A stretch of DNA of 64,000 bases from the NCBI GenBank assembly GCA_964452875.1, contig CAYVNG010000001.1:2786-66785 (forward strand), read 5' to 3'. The translations under genes and the position numbers were made by a program. This DNA comes from an uncultured Candidatus Saccharibacteria bacterium (GTDB taxonomy: Bacteria; Patescibacteriota; Minisyncoccia; Minisyncoccales; CAYVNG01). Of this stretch, positions 9,035 to 18,873 are shown piece after piece. The stretch's first letter is position 1; every line of letters starts with the position of its first letter. The notes beneath the pieces are model-generated. The model saw nothing but the letters and a program-made list of their open reading frames with translations. It did not search any database and had not been told where the DNA came from.

Positions 9035-9370
9035 ATGTCTTCATATCCATTTTTTCTTAACATATTTCTGGGAATAGTGATCCTAGTTCTTTTTGCCGTC
9101 TATCAGAAAAAGGTGAGAGACCTGAGGAGGGCCCGCAGGGAAGTCGAGGACATCTTGGAAATAAGGACCAAGGCGAGAACCAGGGAATTGAGCGAGTTGG
9201 CCGGGAGCCTGGAAGAAAAAGTGGAAGAAAGGACGGCAGAGCTGCAAAGAAGGATCGACGAGCTGGAAAAGTTCCATCAGCTGACCGTCGGAAGGGAGTT
9301 GAAGATGATCGAGCTTAAGGAAAAGATCAGGGATCTTGAAAAAAAGAATTTAAATAAAAAGAATTTTTGA
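9035..9370 (+). CDS. Small membrane coiled-coil protein (GRELKM motif) coupled to the histidine kinase
   Basis: ATG 9035 after TGGTAAAAT; one TM helix, VEERTAEL S-helix-like repeats, VGRELKMIELK. Confidence 0.75.
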   Translation: MSSYPFFLNIFLGIVILVLFAVYQKKVRDLRRARREVEDILEIRTKARTRELSELAGSLEEKVEERTAELQRRIDELEKFHQLTVGRELKMIELKEKIRDLEKKNLNKKNF

Positions 9371-10899
9371 TGGCAAAAGAGATGCATAAAATTCTCGGTC
9401 AGGGTGTCGCCCCTTTGGGAGAGATCAAAGAGCTCATTTGCCGGTTGCCTTTGGCCGTCTGCGTCGTCGGGAGCTCTGGGGCGATTCTCGGAATCAACGA
9501 TGAGTTCAGCAAGCTTTCAGGATATGCAGCAGACGAGGCGGAGGGAAGGGATTTCAACGGCATTTTTTTTAATAAAAGCGAGTCAGGGCCGGCGGCCGAA
9601 AGAGGCGGGGGAAGCAGGGAATTCAGGCTGATCGCCAAAAACGGCGAGAGAATCCCCGTGAACGTTTTGATATCTCCTTTGTCCAAAAAAGAAGAAGATT
9701 CTTCGGCCAGCATAGCCATCTTGTACGACATCACCGACGCAAAAAAATCCCAGGAGCTCCTGGAAGAAAGGGTGGAGAGGAGGACCAAGGACTTGGAAGA
9801 ATCAAGGATGGCCCTGATGAACATGCTTGAAGACGTTGAGGAGGCGAAAAGGGTCGCAGAAGAGGAAAAGGACAGAACAATGGCCCTGATCTCCAACTTT
9901 ACGGACGGTCTTTTGTTTTTCGACAAGAAAGACCGGCTTACTCTGATAAACCCGAAGGCCCAGAGTCTTTTTTGCATAAAAGCGGGAAAGGTGGCGGGAA
10001 GGCATATGGCTGATTTGGGGAAGATGAAGGAGATGGAGCCTTTAAAAAAATTGCTCGGAGAAGACATTAAGGACGTCTCAAGGGAGGAATTGGCTCTCGG
10101 ACAGGATCTTATCGTGGAAGTGTCCACTATTTCGGTTCTAAAGCAGGGGGAGCAGACAGGGACGCTGGTCATCGTCCACGACGTCACCAGGGAAAAAATG
10201 GTGGAAAAGCTGAAAACGGAATTCGTTTCCCTTTCCGCCCATCAGCTGAGGACGCCCCTTTCAGCCATTAAATGGACCTTGAAGATGTTTTTAGAAGGGG
10301 ATATAGGCGAAATCACGGAAGAGCAGAAAGAGTATCTCGGGAAAACGTACCAGTCCAACGAGAGGATGATTGATCTGATTAACGACCTGCTGAATGTGAC
10401 CAGGATAGAAGAAGGGAGATATCTGTACAAACCAGAGCTGACAGACCCGACAGCAATCGTCCAGGACGTCGTAGACGCTTTGAGAGAGCAGATAAAGAAC
10501 AGAAAAATCAAATTCAGATTCGACAGGCCGAAAAAGGCCCTTCCTTTGATCAAGGCGGACGAGGAGAAGATAAAGCTGGTCGTGCACAACCTCCTGGACA
10601 ATGCTCTGGCTTACACCCCTTCTTTAAAGGAGATATCTGTTTTTCTTCATGAAGAGAAAGACGGCATAGAGTTCGGAGTCAAGGACAGCGGGATCGGCAT
10701 TCCCAAAGATCAGCAAGGGAGGATTTTCACGAAATTCTTCAGGGGAACCAACGCTATGAAAGTGGACACAGGAGGGACCGGGCTCGGTTTGTACATTTCG
10801 AAAAACATCGTCGAAGCCCACGGAGGCAATATTTGGTTCGAATCCAAAGAAGGGGAGGGGACGACCTTCTTTTTCAAGATTCCGAAAGCGAAGCCTTAG
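9370..10899 (+). CDS. PAS-domain sensor histidine kinase
   Basis: Two PAS-like regions, H-box SAHQLRTPLS, NLLDNA, DSGIGI, GTGLGL; TGATG overlap with upstream gene. Confidence 0.95.
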   Translation: MAKEMHKILGQGVAPLGEIKELICRLPLAVCVVGSSGAILGINDEFSKLSGYAADEAEGRDFNGIFFNKSESGPAAERGGGSREFRLIAKNGERIPVNVLISPLSKKEEDSSASIAILYDITDAKKSQELLEERVERRTKDLEESRMALMNMLEDVEEAKRVAEEEKDRTMALISNFTDGLLFFDKKDRLTLINPKAQSLFCIKAGKVAGRHMADLGKMKEMEPLKKLLGEDIKDVSREELALGQDLIVEVSTISVLKQGEQTGTLVIVHDVTREKMVEKLKTEFVSLSAHQLRTPLSAIKWTLKMFLEGDIGEITEEQKEYLGKTYQSNERMIDLINDLLNVTRIEEGRYLYKPELTDPTAIVQDVVDALREQIKNRKIKFRFDRPKKALPLIKADEEKIKLVVHNLLDNALAYTPSLKEISVFLHEEKDGIEFGVKDSGIGIPKDQQGRIFTKFFRGTNAMKVDTGGTGLGLYISKNIVEAHGGNIWFESKEGEGTTFFFKIPKAKP

Positions 10900-10951
10900 G
10901 GGCTTGAATGATTTCTGTCGAAATTGTAAAATAAGGTAAGAAGAAAACATT

Positions 10952-11323
10952 ATGGCAAAAAAGATACTAATCATCGAAGACGAGCAGATAATGGCAGATC
11001 TTCTTCAGAGGAAGCTTTCCGAAGAGGGATACGAGGTTTCCCTGGCCAGAGACGGGGAAGAAGGGCTTGCGAAAATGAGGGAAGTGAAGCCTGACCTGAT
11101 CCTGCTTGATATAATTATGCCCAAGATTGGCGGCATCGAAGTGCTTGAAGAAATGCAAAAAGAGCCTGATTTGAAAAAGATATCCGTGATCGTCATTTCT
11201 AATTCCGGTCAACCTGTTGAGCTGGACAAGGCCCAGAGGATGGGGGCGGAAGACTGGTTGGTCAAGACCGAGTTCGATCCAGCCGAAGTCATAGAAAAAG
11301 TTAAAAAGAATTTGTTGGAATAA
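10952..11323 (+). CDS. Single-domain response regulator (receiver)
   Basis: ILIIEDE, PDLILLDIIMP, LVK. Confidence 0.93.
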   Translation: MAKKILIIEDEQIMADLLQRKLSEEGYEVSLARDGEEGLAKMREVKPDLILLDIIMPKIGGIEVLEEMQKEPDLKKISVIVISNSGQPVELDKAQRMGAEDWLVKTEFDPAEVIEKVKKNLLE

Positions 11324-11373
11324 TAATTCTGTTCCGCAACGGGACCGTGCCTTCGCTGCGGGGCACCAGTATC

Positions 11374-11742
11374 ATGGCAAAAAAAATCTTAATTATCGAA
11401 GACGATAAGTTTCTCAGGGAGCTGATAGTGAAAAAGCTCAAAGACGAGAGCTACGATTTGATCGAGGCGGCGGACGGAGAGGAAGGGTTTGAAAAAATCG
11501 GCAAGGAACATCCAGATCTTGTTTTGCTGGATTTGATATTGCCGGGTATGGACGGATTCGAGGTTCTAGAAAAGGTGAAGGACGATGCTTCTTTGTCCTC
11601 TGTTCCTGTGATCATCCTGTCGAATCTCGGACAGCGAGAAGAGGTTGAAAGGGGATTGAAACTCGGTGCGGTCGATTATATGATCAAAGCCCACTTTACT
11701 CCGGGGGAAATAGTGGAAAAGATCAAAGAAATCTTGAAATAA
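11374..11742 (+). CDS. Single-domain response regulator (receiver)
   Basis: ILIIEDD, PDLVLLDLILP; paralog of the upstream gene; ATG 11374. Confidence 0.93.
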   Translation: MAKKILIIEDDKFLRELIVKKLKDESYDLIEAADGEEGFEKIGKEHPDLVLLDLILPGMDGFEVLEKVKDDASLSSVPVIILSNLGQREEVERGLKLGAVDYMIKAHFTPGEIVEKIKEILK

Positions 11743-11763
11743 AAAAGAAGAGTCAGTTCCAAT

Positions 11764-12663
11764 ATGCCAGAGCTTCCAGAAGTGGAAACAACAGTGAAGG
11801 GCCTGAAAAAAACAGTCCTCGGTCGAAAGATCGAGGATGTTTGGTCTGATACCCCGAAAATGACCCGTGTTTTCAAGAAAGGAGAGATGAAAAGCGATTT
11901 TCCCGGATTCAAAAATGAAGTGAAAGGGAAAAAAATTCTGAAGATAGGAAGAAGAGGAAAAAACATTCTTTTCTTTCTTTCTGAAGGGAAAATCCTGCTC
12001 GTTCATCTGAAGATGACTGGCCATTTTCTTTTTGGAAAATGGAGAATGGAGAATGGAAAACAAAAGTCCTTGTCAAAAGGACCTTTGACCGAAGATCCGA
12101 TGAACAGATTTATCAGGGCCGTCTTCTATCTCGGCAAAGAAAAACAGCTCGCCTTATGCGACCTGAGGAAATTTGCGAAGATGGAGCTTTGGGACGGAAA
12201 AGACCTTAAAAATTCAAAAGTGTTCAGTTCTTTGGGACCGGAGCCACTTTCCGCAGGTTTTACCTTCAAAAAGTTTAAAGATGTCTTGAAGAACAAGAAA
12301 GGAAGGATAAAACAGGTCTTGATGGACCAGACCGTTATAGCCGGGATAGGGAACATTTATTCTGACGAAGCGCTTTTTGCTGCGAAGATCCATCCCTTGA
12401 AAAGGACCTTTAGTTTGAAAGAAAAAGAGCTGGAAAGGATTTATTCTGCCGTCAAAAAGGTGCTGAAGCAAGGGCTAGACAAGAAAGGCGAGTCGTTCTC
12501 CGATTTCAGGACCGTTTCGGGCGAGAAAGGGGAATTCGACAGCTTCAGGCAGGTATACCGGAGGGAAGGGGATCCATGCTTCAAATGCAAAAAGCCGATA
12601 AAAAGGATAAAAATAGGGGGGAGGAGCTCTTGCTTCTGCCCAAAATGCCAGCCGGAGAGCTGA
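11764..12663 (+). CDS. mutM: Formamidopyrimidine-DNA glycosylase
   Basis: MPELPEVET, HLKMTG, GIGNIYSDE, C-terminal Zn finger. Confidence 0.96.
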   Translation: MPELPEVETTVKGLKKTVLGRKIEDVWSDTPKMTRVFKKGEMKSDFPGFKNEVKGKKILKIGRRGKNILFFLSEGKILLVHLKMTGHFLFGKWRMENGKQKSLSKGPLTEDPMNRFIRAVFYLGKEKQLALCDLRKFAKMELWDGKDLKNSKVFSSLGPEPLSAGFTFKKFKDVLKNKKGRIKQVLMDQTVIAGIGNIYSDEALFAAKIHPLKRTFSLKEKELERIYSAVKKVLKQGLDKKGESFSDFRTVSGEKGEFDSFRQVYRREGDPCFKCKKPIKRIKIGGRSSCFCPKCQPES

Positions 12664-12670
12664 GAATCAT

Positions 12671-13588
12671 ATGCTGATCATTCTCTATGGGAAAGACGTA
12701 TACCGGATTAAAAGGGAGCTGAAAAAAATAATCAGCAAATCGGCTTTGAAAAAAGAAGCGCTTTTCTTCAGCAATGAAAATTTTTCCTTTGACGACTTTC
12801 GCAGGGAAATCGGCCAGACATCCATATTTTTTTCGAAGAAAGCGATAATTCTCGAAAACGTCTTGAAAAATGAAGAATCAGCCGGGAAAATAAAGAAGAT
12901 GGTGAAGGAAATGGCAGCTTCTGAAAGCCTTTTCGTCTTTTCCGAAGAAGGAGGGATGGAAGCAAGGATGGCGGATTTTTTCAAAAAATACGGGGAGGTT
13001 GAAAAAATAGACGCGCTCGAAGGAGTGAATCTCGGCAAATGGGTGGAAAAAGAGCTGATCGGCAGCCAGACTAAAATCGAGCCTTCGGCCTTGGCCGAGC
13101 TGATAGTACGTACGGGCAGCGACTTGTGGCGGATAGAAAACGAGGTTGAAAAGCTCAAAGCTTACAAAAAAAGCCAGCCGATTCTGAAAAAAGACGTGGA
13201 AGATCTGGTCCACCAGAAGGCGGAAGCGGATATTTTCGAAACCATCGACGCCCTGTCCGTCAGGGATAAAAAGAGGGCTTTGAAATTAATTCATCTTCAT
13301 CTTGAAAAAGGGGATTCTCCCTTTTATCTTCTGTCGATGATCAATTACCAGTTCAGGAACATCCTCGAGGTGAAAGATCTGGCCGAACAAGGAATGCCCT
13401 ATCCTTTGATGGCCAACGAAACGGGCATGAAACCATATCCATTTAAAAAGAGTTTTGAACTTTCTAAAAGGTTTTCGCTGGAAGAACTGAAAAAAATCTA
13501 TCGGAAGCTTTTTCAGATAGACTTCAAGATCAAAAGAGGGGAGATCGATCCGAAAACCGCTCTTGATTTTTTGGTCGCCGAAATTTAG
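12671..13588 (+). CDS. holA: DNA polymerase III delta subunit
   Basis: LYGKD, DLWRIENEVEKL, DIFETIDAL, DFKIKRG; adjacent to rpsT. Confidence 0.88.
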   Translation: MLIILYGKDVYRIKRELKKIISKSALKKEALFFSNENFSFDDFRREIGQTSIFFSKKAIILENVLKNEESAGKIKKMVKEMAASESLFVFSEEGGMEARMADFFKKYGEVEKIDALEGVNLGKWVEKELIGSQTKIEPSALAELIVRTGSDLWRIENEVEKLKAYKKSQPILKKDVEDLVHQKAEADIFETIDALSVRDKKRALKLIHLHLEKGDSPFYLLSMINYQFRNILEVKDLAEQGMPYPLMANETGMKPYPFKKSFELSKRFSLEELKKIYRKLFQIDFKIKRGEIDPKTALDFLVAEI

Positions 13589-13845
13589 CGGATTTTGAGA
13601 GATTTCGCTATCCTTGACTTGTTTCTCGAAGCGGTGTTTTTTTTGATCAGGCCGTTTTTGGCGGCTTTGTCCAGCGATTTGTATATCTCAGGAAGAAGGT
13701 CTTTTGCTTCCTTCATCTTGCCCCCGGAAATCAAAACCTTCGCTTTTTTGAGAAGCTCTCTCATATTCGTCCTTTGGGACGCATTCCTTTTTTTTCTCCT
13801 TCCGCTCTGGCGGATCGCTTTTTTGGCTGCTTTTGTAATTGGCAT
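13585..13845 (-). CDS. rpsT: 30S ribosomal protein S20
   Basis: MPITKAAKKAIRQ, LDKAAK..IKKNTASRNKSR. Confidence 0.96.
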   Translation of the reverse strand: MPITKAAKKAIRQSGRRKKRNASQRTNMRELLKKAKVLISGGKMKEAKDLLPEIYKSLDKAAKNGLIKKNTASRNKSRIAKSLKIR

Positions 13846-13879
13846 ATTATGTCCAATATATCAAAGATGTCGGGAAAAA

Positions 13880-15865
13880 TCAACTCTTTCCGCCTTTTTC
13901 CATCTTTTTAATGATGTCTCTTATCACCGCCGCCCTTTCAAAATCCAATATACCGGCGGCAGCCTTCATCTCCTTTTCCAGCAGTTTTACGTCCTTTATG
14001 AAGCCCATCTCGAGGGCAACCTGCTTTTCCTTTGAAGCGAATGACCATTCTCTTATTTCCTTTGAAACAGCCTTCGGCGTTATCTTATTTTCCTTGTTGT
14101 ACCTTTCCTGGATTTTTCTTCTTCGCGAGACTTCGGAAATGGCTTTTTGCATGGATTCGGTGGTTTTGTCGGCATACATTATCGCCTTTCCTTCTTTGTG
14201 CCTGGCTGCTCTTCCCATTGTCTGAATGAGGGTTGTTTCATTCCTCAGGAATCCCTCTTTATCTGCGTCAAGAATGGCGACCAGTGAGACTTCCGGCAGA
14301 TCCAGTCCCTCCCTTAAAAGGTTTATCCCGACCAGGACGTCGTATTCTCCCTTTCTCAACTCGGCCAGTATTCCCGGCCTTTCCAAAGTCTTAATCTCCG
14401 AATGGAGCCATTTGGTCTTGATTCCCTGTTCAACCAAATGGTCTGACAGGGCTTCAGCCAGCTTTTTGGTCAGGGTGATGACCAGGGTTTTCTGATTTTT
14501 TTCGATCCTTTTTTTAATTTCTTCTGCGAGGTCATCCATCTGTCTTTCCGTTTTCCTCACCTCGATAGAAGGTTCAAGCAATCCAGTGGGCCTGACCAGT
14601 TGTTCGACTATGTAGTTTTTCGCGTTTTCCTTTTCCGTTTCTTCGATGAAGTCCCCGGTTTCGAATTTCCCCGGGGTGGCCGAAACGCAGACGGTCTGGG
14701 ATATTTTTTCTTTAAATTCGTCGAAAGTCAGAGGCCTGTTGTCTATGGCTGACGGGAGGCGGAACCCGTGTTCGATCAATACCTGCTTTCTTGCCCTGTC
14801 CTGGATTGCCATCGCCCTTATCTGGGAAATAGTGAGATGGGATTCGTCTATGAAGGTCAAAAAATCCCTTTTCCCTTCCAGAGCAGGGAAGTATTCCAAC
14901 AGGGAATATGGGGGTTGACCCGGTTTTCTGAATTCAAGGTGCCGGGAATAGTTTTCCACTCCATGACAATATCCGGTTTCCTTCAAAAGCTCCAGATCGT
15001 AGTTAGTCCTCTCCTCGAGCCTCTGAGCTTCCAGTAGCTTCCCGTTTTTTTTCAGGTATTCCAGCCTTTCTTCAAGTTCATTCCTGATGTTCTCTGCGGC
15101 GATGTCTATCTCTCCCTGGGGGGTGACCCAGAAAGTGGCTGGAAAAACGCGGCAGCTCGGCTGCGCTTTTTCCGATTCATGGTCAAAGGAAGCAGAGAAG
15201 GAGGATATCTTTTCGATCCTGTCCTGCCAGAGTTCTATCCTCAAAATTTCCTTTCCCGTCACCAGATGGATGTCGATGATGCTTCCCCTGGCCCTGAAGT
15301 CTCCCGGCCCGAATTCAATGTCGTTTCTTTTATATTGGAGGGCGGACAAAGAGAAAAGAAGCCTTTTTCTTTCCATTTTCTGGCCCGTTTTCAGCTCTAG
15401 AGATATCTGTTTGTAATATTCAGGCGAGCCTATATTGTAGATGCAAGACACGGAAGCCACCACGATAGCGTCCTTTCTCGTCAAAAGGTCCTGGATGGCA
15501 GCATGCCTGAGCTGGTCGATGGTTTCGTTGATCTTCGAATCCTTCTCTATATAAGTGTCTGTCTGGGGGATATAGGCTTCCGGCTGGTAGTAGTCGTAAT
15601 AGCTTACGAAATAATGGACGGCGTTGTCAGGGAAAAAATCCTTGAATTCCTGAAAAAGCTGGGCACAAAGGGTTTTATTCGGGCTTATAACCAGGGCGGG
15701 CCTTTGGCATCTTTCAATGACTTTGGCCATTGTCATCGTCTTCCCGGACCCGGTTACTCCGAGCAAGACCTGCCTTTTCACACCTCTTTCGATGTTTTTG
15801 ACAAGCTTTTCTATGGCCTGGGGCTGGTCTCCGGTCGGGTTAAAGCGAGATTTCAGATTGAACAT
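13880..15865 (-). CDS. uvrB: Excinuclease ABC subunit B
   Basis: [37 protein letters not shown]. Start at ATG 15865, 7 nt after TTGAAA-17-TAAAAT. Confidence 0.97.
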   Translation of the reverse strand: MFNLKSRFNPTGDQPQAIEKLVKNIERGVKRQVLLGVTGSGKTMTMAKVIERCQRPALVISPNKTLCAQLFQEFKDFFPDNAVHYFVSYYDYYQPEAYIPQTDTYIEKDSKINETIDQLRHAAIQDLLTRKDAIVVASVSCIYNIGSPEYYKQISLELKTGQKMERKRLLFSLSALQYKRNDIEFGPGDFRARGSIIDIHLVTGKEILRIELWQDRIEKISSFSASFDHESEKAQPSCRVFPATFWVTPQGEIDIAAENIRNELEERLEYLKKNGKLLEAQRLEERTNYDLELLKETGYCHGVENYSRHLEFRKPGQPPYSLLEYFPALEGKRDFLTFIDESHLTISQIRAMAIQDRARKQVLIEHGFRLPSAIDNRPLTFDEFKEKISQTVCVSATPGKFETGDFIEETEKENAKNYIVEQLVRPTGLLEPSIEVRKTERQMDDLAEEIKKRIEKNQKTLVITLTKKLAEALSDHLVEQGIKTKWLHSEIKTLERPGILAELRKGEYDVLVGINLLREGLDLPEVSLVAILDADKEGFLRNETTLIQTMGRAARHKEGKAIMYADKTTESMQKAISEVSRRRKIQERYNKENKITPKAVSKEIREWSFASKEKQVALEMGFIKDVKLLEKEMKAAAGILDFERAAVIRDIIKKMEKGGKS

Positions 15866-15937
15866 ACACCATATTTTAAAACGGAACTCGGTTTTTTTCA
15901 AGTTTAACGTTTCCGTCTTTTAGTGTAGAATAACCTA

Positions 15938-16498
15938 ATGATCCACTACATCAGAGGAAAAATTGTTTTTAAGGAGGAGAAATTCGTTGTCATTGAAAAC
16001 GGGGGAATCGGATACAAAATCAACTGTTCTTCTGCGGTGCGAGAAAAGATGCCGGACCAGGGGGAAATCAAGATTTTCACCTATCTTTTCCCAAAGGAAG
16101 GAAGCATAGAGCTCTACGGCTTTTTGGCTGAAGAAGAGCTTGAGCTGTTCGAAATACTTAACGAAATCTCAGGAATCGGCCCCAGGACCGCCCTTGATCT
16201 TTCCGTGTTCGGAAGCTTAGAGAAATTGAAAGAGGTTATGGAGAAAGGGGAGCTTGAACACAAAGTGAAAGGAGTCGGCAAGAAGAAAGCCCAGAAGATC
16301 GTCTTGGAACTGACAGGGAAGATAAAAGAATCCAGCCCGGCTCTTAATAAAGACCTTCCCAGCGAAGCCCTGGACGCGCTGGTTTCACTGGGATTCCCGA
16401 AACAAAGGGCATTGCAGGCCTTGAAGGAAACACCTGCCAATTTGGAAAAGACAGAAGAAAAAGTGAAAGAAGCCCTCAAAATATTGGGGAGGAGGTAA
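15938..16498 (+). CDS. ruvA: Holliday junction DNA-binding protein RuvA
   Basis: GIGY, LYGF, SGIGPRTAL, ALVSLGF. Confidence 0.95.
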   Translation: MIHYIRGKIVFKEEKFVVIENGGIGYKINCSSAVREKMPDQGEIKIFTYLFPKEGSIELYGFLAEEELELFEILNEISGIGPRTALDLSVFGSLEKLKEVMEKGELEHKVKGVGKKKAQKIVLELTGKIKESSPALNKDLPSEALDALVSLGFPKQRALQALKETPANLEKTEEKVKEALKILGRR

Positions 16499-16503
16499 CC
16501 ATC

Positions 16504-17688
16504 ATGAAATCGTTGCTCAGAAAAATCGTTCCCAAGTTTTTGATAGGATGGTATCATCTTCTCCTCGCTTTTGCAGGGGCTTTTTTTTGCGGTTTTCCCT
16601 CGAGAAAGCTTTTGGTGGTGGGGGTGACCGGGACCAACGGGAAATCCACGACCGTGGATCTAATATCAAGGATACTTGAAGCTTCAGGCCGGAAAACGGC
16701 TTCTGCTTCTTCCATCCGCTTCAAGATAGGAAGGGAGGAGGAGCCCAACACCCTGAAAATGACCATGCCCGGGCGATTCAAATTGCAGAAATTTTTGAAA
16801 AAAGCGGTTGGCCAGGGCTGCTCCTGCGCCGTGTTGGAAGTGACTTCAGAGGGGATAAGGCAATCCCGCCACAGGTTCATTGATTTTGAAGCGGTTGTTT
16901 TCACCAATCTCAGCCCGGAGCACATCGAAAGCCACGGCGGATTTGAAAACTACAAGAAGGCGAAAGGGGCTCTTTTCTCGGTTTGCAAAAAAATCCATGT
17001 CGTAAACCTGGATGACCAGAATGCCGGGTATTTTTGGGATTTTCCGGCGGAAAAAAAGGAAGGCTACGGTATCAAGGATCTGCAGAAATACAATCCTTTT
17101 GATTTGAAACTGCCAGGGGAGTTTAATACATACAACGCGCTGGCTGCATTAGCAACTGGATCCGTCCTGGGGCTGGATCCAGAAACATGCAAGAAAGCCT
17201 TGCAAGAAGTTACGTTGATCCCGGGCCGGATGGAAACAGTCGTCTCAAATCCATTCAAAGTCGTCGTTGATTACGCCCACACTCCCGATTCTTTGGAAAA
17301 AGTATATGGAACGCTGAAAAAGGAAGGCAGCAGGTTGATCTGCGTCCTGGGGTCTTGCGGAGGAGGGCGAGACAAATGGAAGAGGCCCAGGATGGGGGAT
17401 ATAGCAGCTTCATTTTGTGACAAGATAATATTGACGAACGAAGACCCTTACGACGAACCTCCGATGGAGATAATTGAAGACATAGAAAAGGGAATCTCCA
17501 ATTTTTCTGAGCTTAAAAAGGTCTTGGACAGGAGGAAAGCTATAGCGGAAGCCTTGTCTTCAGCCCGGAATAATGATACGGTCGTTGTAACGGGTAAAGG
17601 GTCTGAGATGTGGATGTGCATCGCAAAAGGAAAGAAGATCCCTTGGAGCGATAGGGAAATAATTTTGGAAGAAATGAAAAAAATATGA
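16504..17688 (+). CDS. murE: UDP-MurNAc-tripeptide synthetase (MurE-like)
   Basis: GVTGTNGKST, LEVTSEG, FTNLSPEH, PGRME, VDYAHTPDSL, GGGRD. Confidence 0.85.
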   Translation: MKSLLRKIVPKFLIGWYHLLLAFAGAFFCGFPSRKLLVVGVTGTNGKSTTVDLISRILEASGRKTASASSIRFKIGREEEPNTLKMTMPGRFKLQKFLKKAVGQGCSCAVLEVTSEGIRQSRHRFIDFEAVVFTNLSPEHIESHGGFENYKKAKGALFSVCKKIHVVNLDDQNAGYFWDFPAEKKEGYGIKDLQKYNPFDLKLPGEFNTYNALAALATGSVLGLDPETCKKALQEVTLIPGRMETVVSNPFKVVVDYAHTPDSLEKVYGTLKKEGSRLICVLGSCGGGRDKWKRPRMGDIAASFCDKIILTNEDPYDEPPMEIIEDIEKGISNFSELKKVLDRRKAIAEALSSARNNDTVVVTGKGSEMWMCIAKGKKIPWSDREIILEEMKKI

Positions 17689-17834
17689 AAAGGATACCCA
17701 GAAGCGTCAAAAAGCAGTTGAGGAAAAAGAAGGCCCAAATAAGGCAGGAAATTTTTGGAGAAGGAGACCAAAGGAAGGCCATATTTAGGCTTTACGATTT
17801 TTTAGGCAAGAAAGATGAAGAGCAAAAAGTTTGA
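17685..17834 (+). CDS. 49-aa basic hypothetical protein
   Basis: ATGA overlap with the murE stop; MKRIPRSVKKQLRKKKAQIRQEIFG...; fills the gap before NIF3. Confidence 0.6.
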   Translation: MKRIPRSVKKQLRKKKAQIRQEIFGEGDQRKAIFRLYDFLGKKDEEQKV

Positions 17835-17860
17835 GGAAAATCTGCTGATTGTAAAATGCA

Positions 17861-18808
17861 ATGAAAACTAAAGAGATTTTCGACCTTGCTATAAAAATGG
17901 GGATCGAGTCCGATTTCAGGACCGAAGAAGGGGTTGGGAAGTTTTTGGCGAGGAAAAAGAAGGAATATGACAGCCTTCCTGACAAAAAGAAGAATGAGTT
18001 CGACAAGGAAGCCCTTGAAAATCCTTATCTTGATTCCCGCATTTACAATATTTCCCAGGACAAAGACGTCAAAAGAGTGCTGGTAGGAGTTGATATCGAG
18101 CCTGCCGAAGTGTTGATGGCGAAAGATCTGGGAGGCATTGATTTGGTCATAGCCCATCACCCGATAGGGAAGGGATTGGCCCATTTGGCTGACGTCATGG
18201 AACTGCAGTGCGACGTTCTGAACCTTTACGGCGTGCCCATAAACATCGCCGAGGGGCTGATGAGAGAAAAGATCAGGGAGGTCTCAAGGGGAGTCAACTG
18301 CCTGAATCACGAAAGGACGGTGGATGCGGCCAGGCTTTTGGGGATCAATTTGATTAATTCGCATACTCCGTGCGACAACCTGGCAGCGAAGTTTCTGAAA
18401 GACGCTGTCGAAAACGAGAATTTAGAAAGGATAGGAGATGTTTTGGATCTCCTCAAAAAAATCCCTGAGTACAAAAAAGCCGGGGAAATAGGGGCAGGGC
18501 CCAAGATTTTCGTAGGGGAGGAGGAGAACAGGTGCGGGAAAATCGCCTTGACCGAAATCACAGGAGGGACGGAAGGATCCTCGAAGCTTTACGAAAAAAT
18601 GGCTCAGGCCGGGATAGGCACGGTCATCGGCATGCACGTTTCAGAAGAACACAAGAAGGAAGCGGAAGCGGCTAACATCAACGTGGTGATAGCCGGCCAC
18701 ATGTCTTCTGATTCTTTGGGGATAAACCTGTTTTTGGACAAGCTCCAAGGAAAAGGAGTGGAAATAGTGCCTTGCTCCGGGCTTATAAGGATTTCCAGGA
18801 ACTCCTAG
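17861..18808 (+). CDS. NIF3-like (NGG1p-interacting factor) metal-binding protein
   Basis: NPYLDSRI, IAHHP, HTPCDN, AGHMSSDSLG. Confidence 0.85.
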   Translation: MKTKEIFDLAIKMGIESDFRTEEGVGKFLARKKKEYDSLPDKKKNEFDKEALENPYLDSRIYNISQDKDVKRVLVGVDIEPAEVLMAKDLGGIDLVIAHHPIGKGLAHLADVMELQCDVLNLYGVPINIAEGLMREKIREVSRGVNCLNHERTVDAARLLGINLINSHTPCDNLAAKFLKDAVENENLERIGDVLDLLKKIPEYKKAGEIGAGPKIFVGEEENRCGKIALTEITGGTEGSSKLYEKMAQAGIGTVIGMHVSEEHKKEAEAANINVVIAGHMSSDSLGINLFLDKLQGKGVEIVPCSGLIRISRNS

Positions 18809-18832
18809 GATATTTTTATTATTCTTTTAATC

Positions 18833-18857
18833 GGCATAAGTCAACCTTATGCCTTTT
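18833..18857 (+). terminator. Intrinsic terminator
   Basis: ggcataag-tcaac-cttatgcc-tttt. Confidence 0.75.
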
Positions 18858-18873
18858 GTGATAAAATGAAGAT

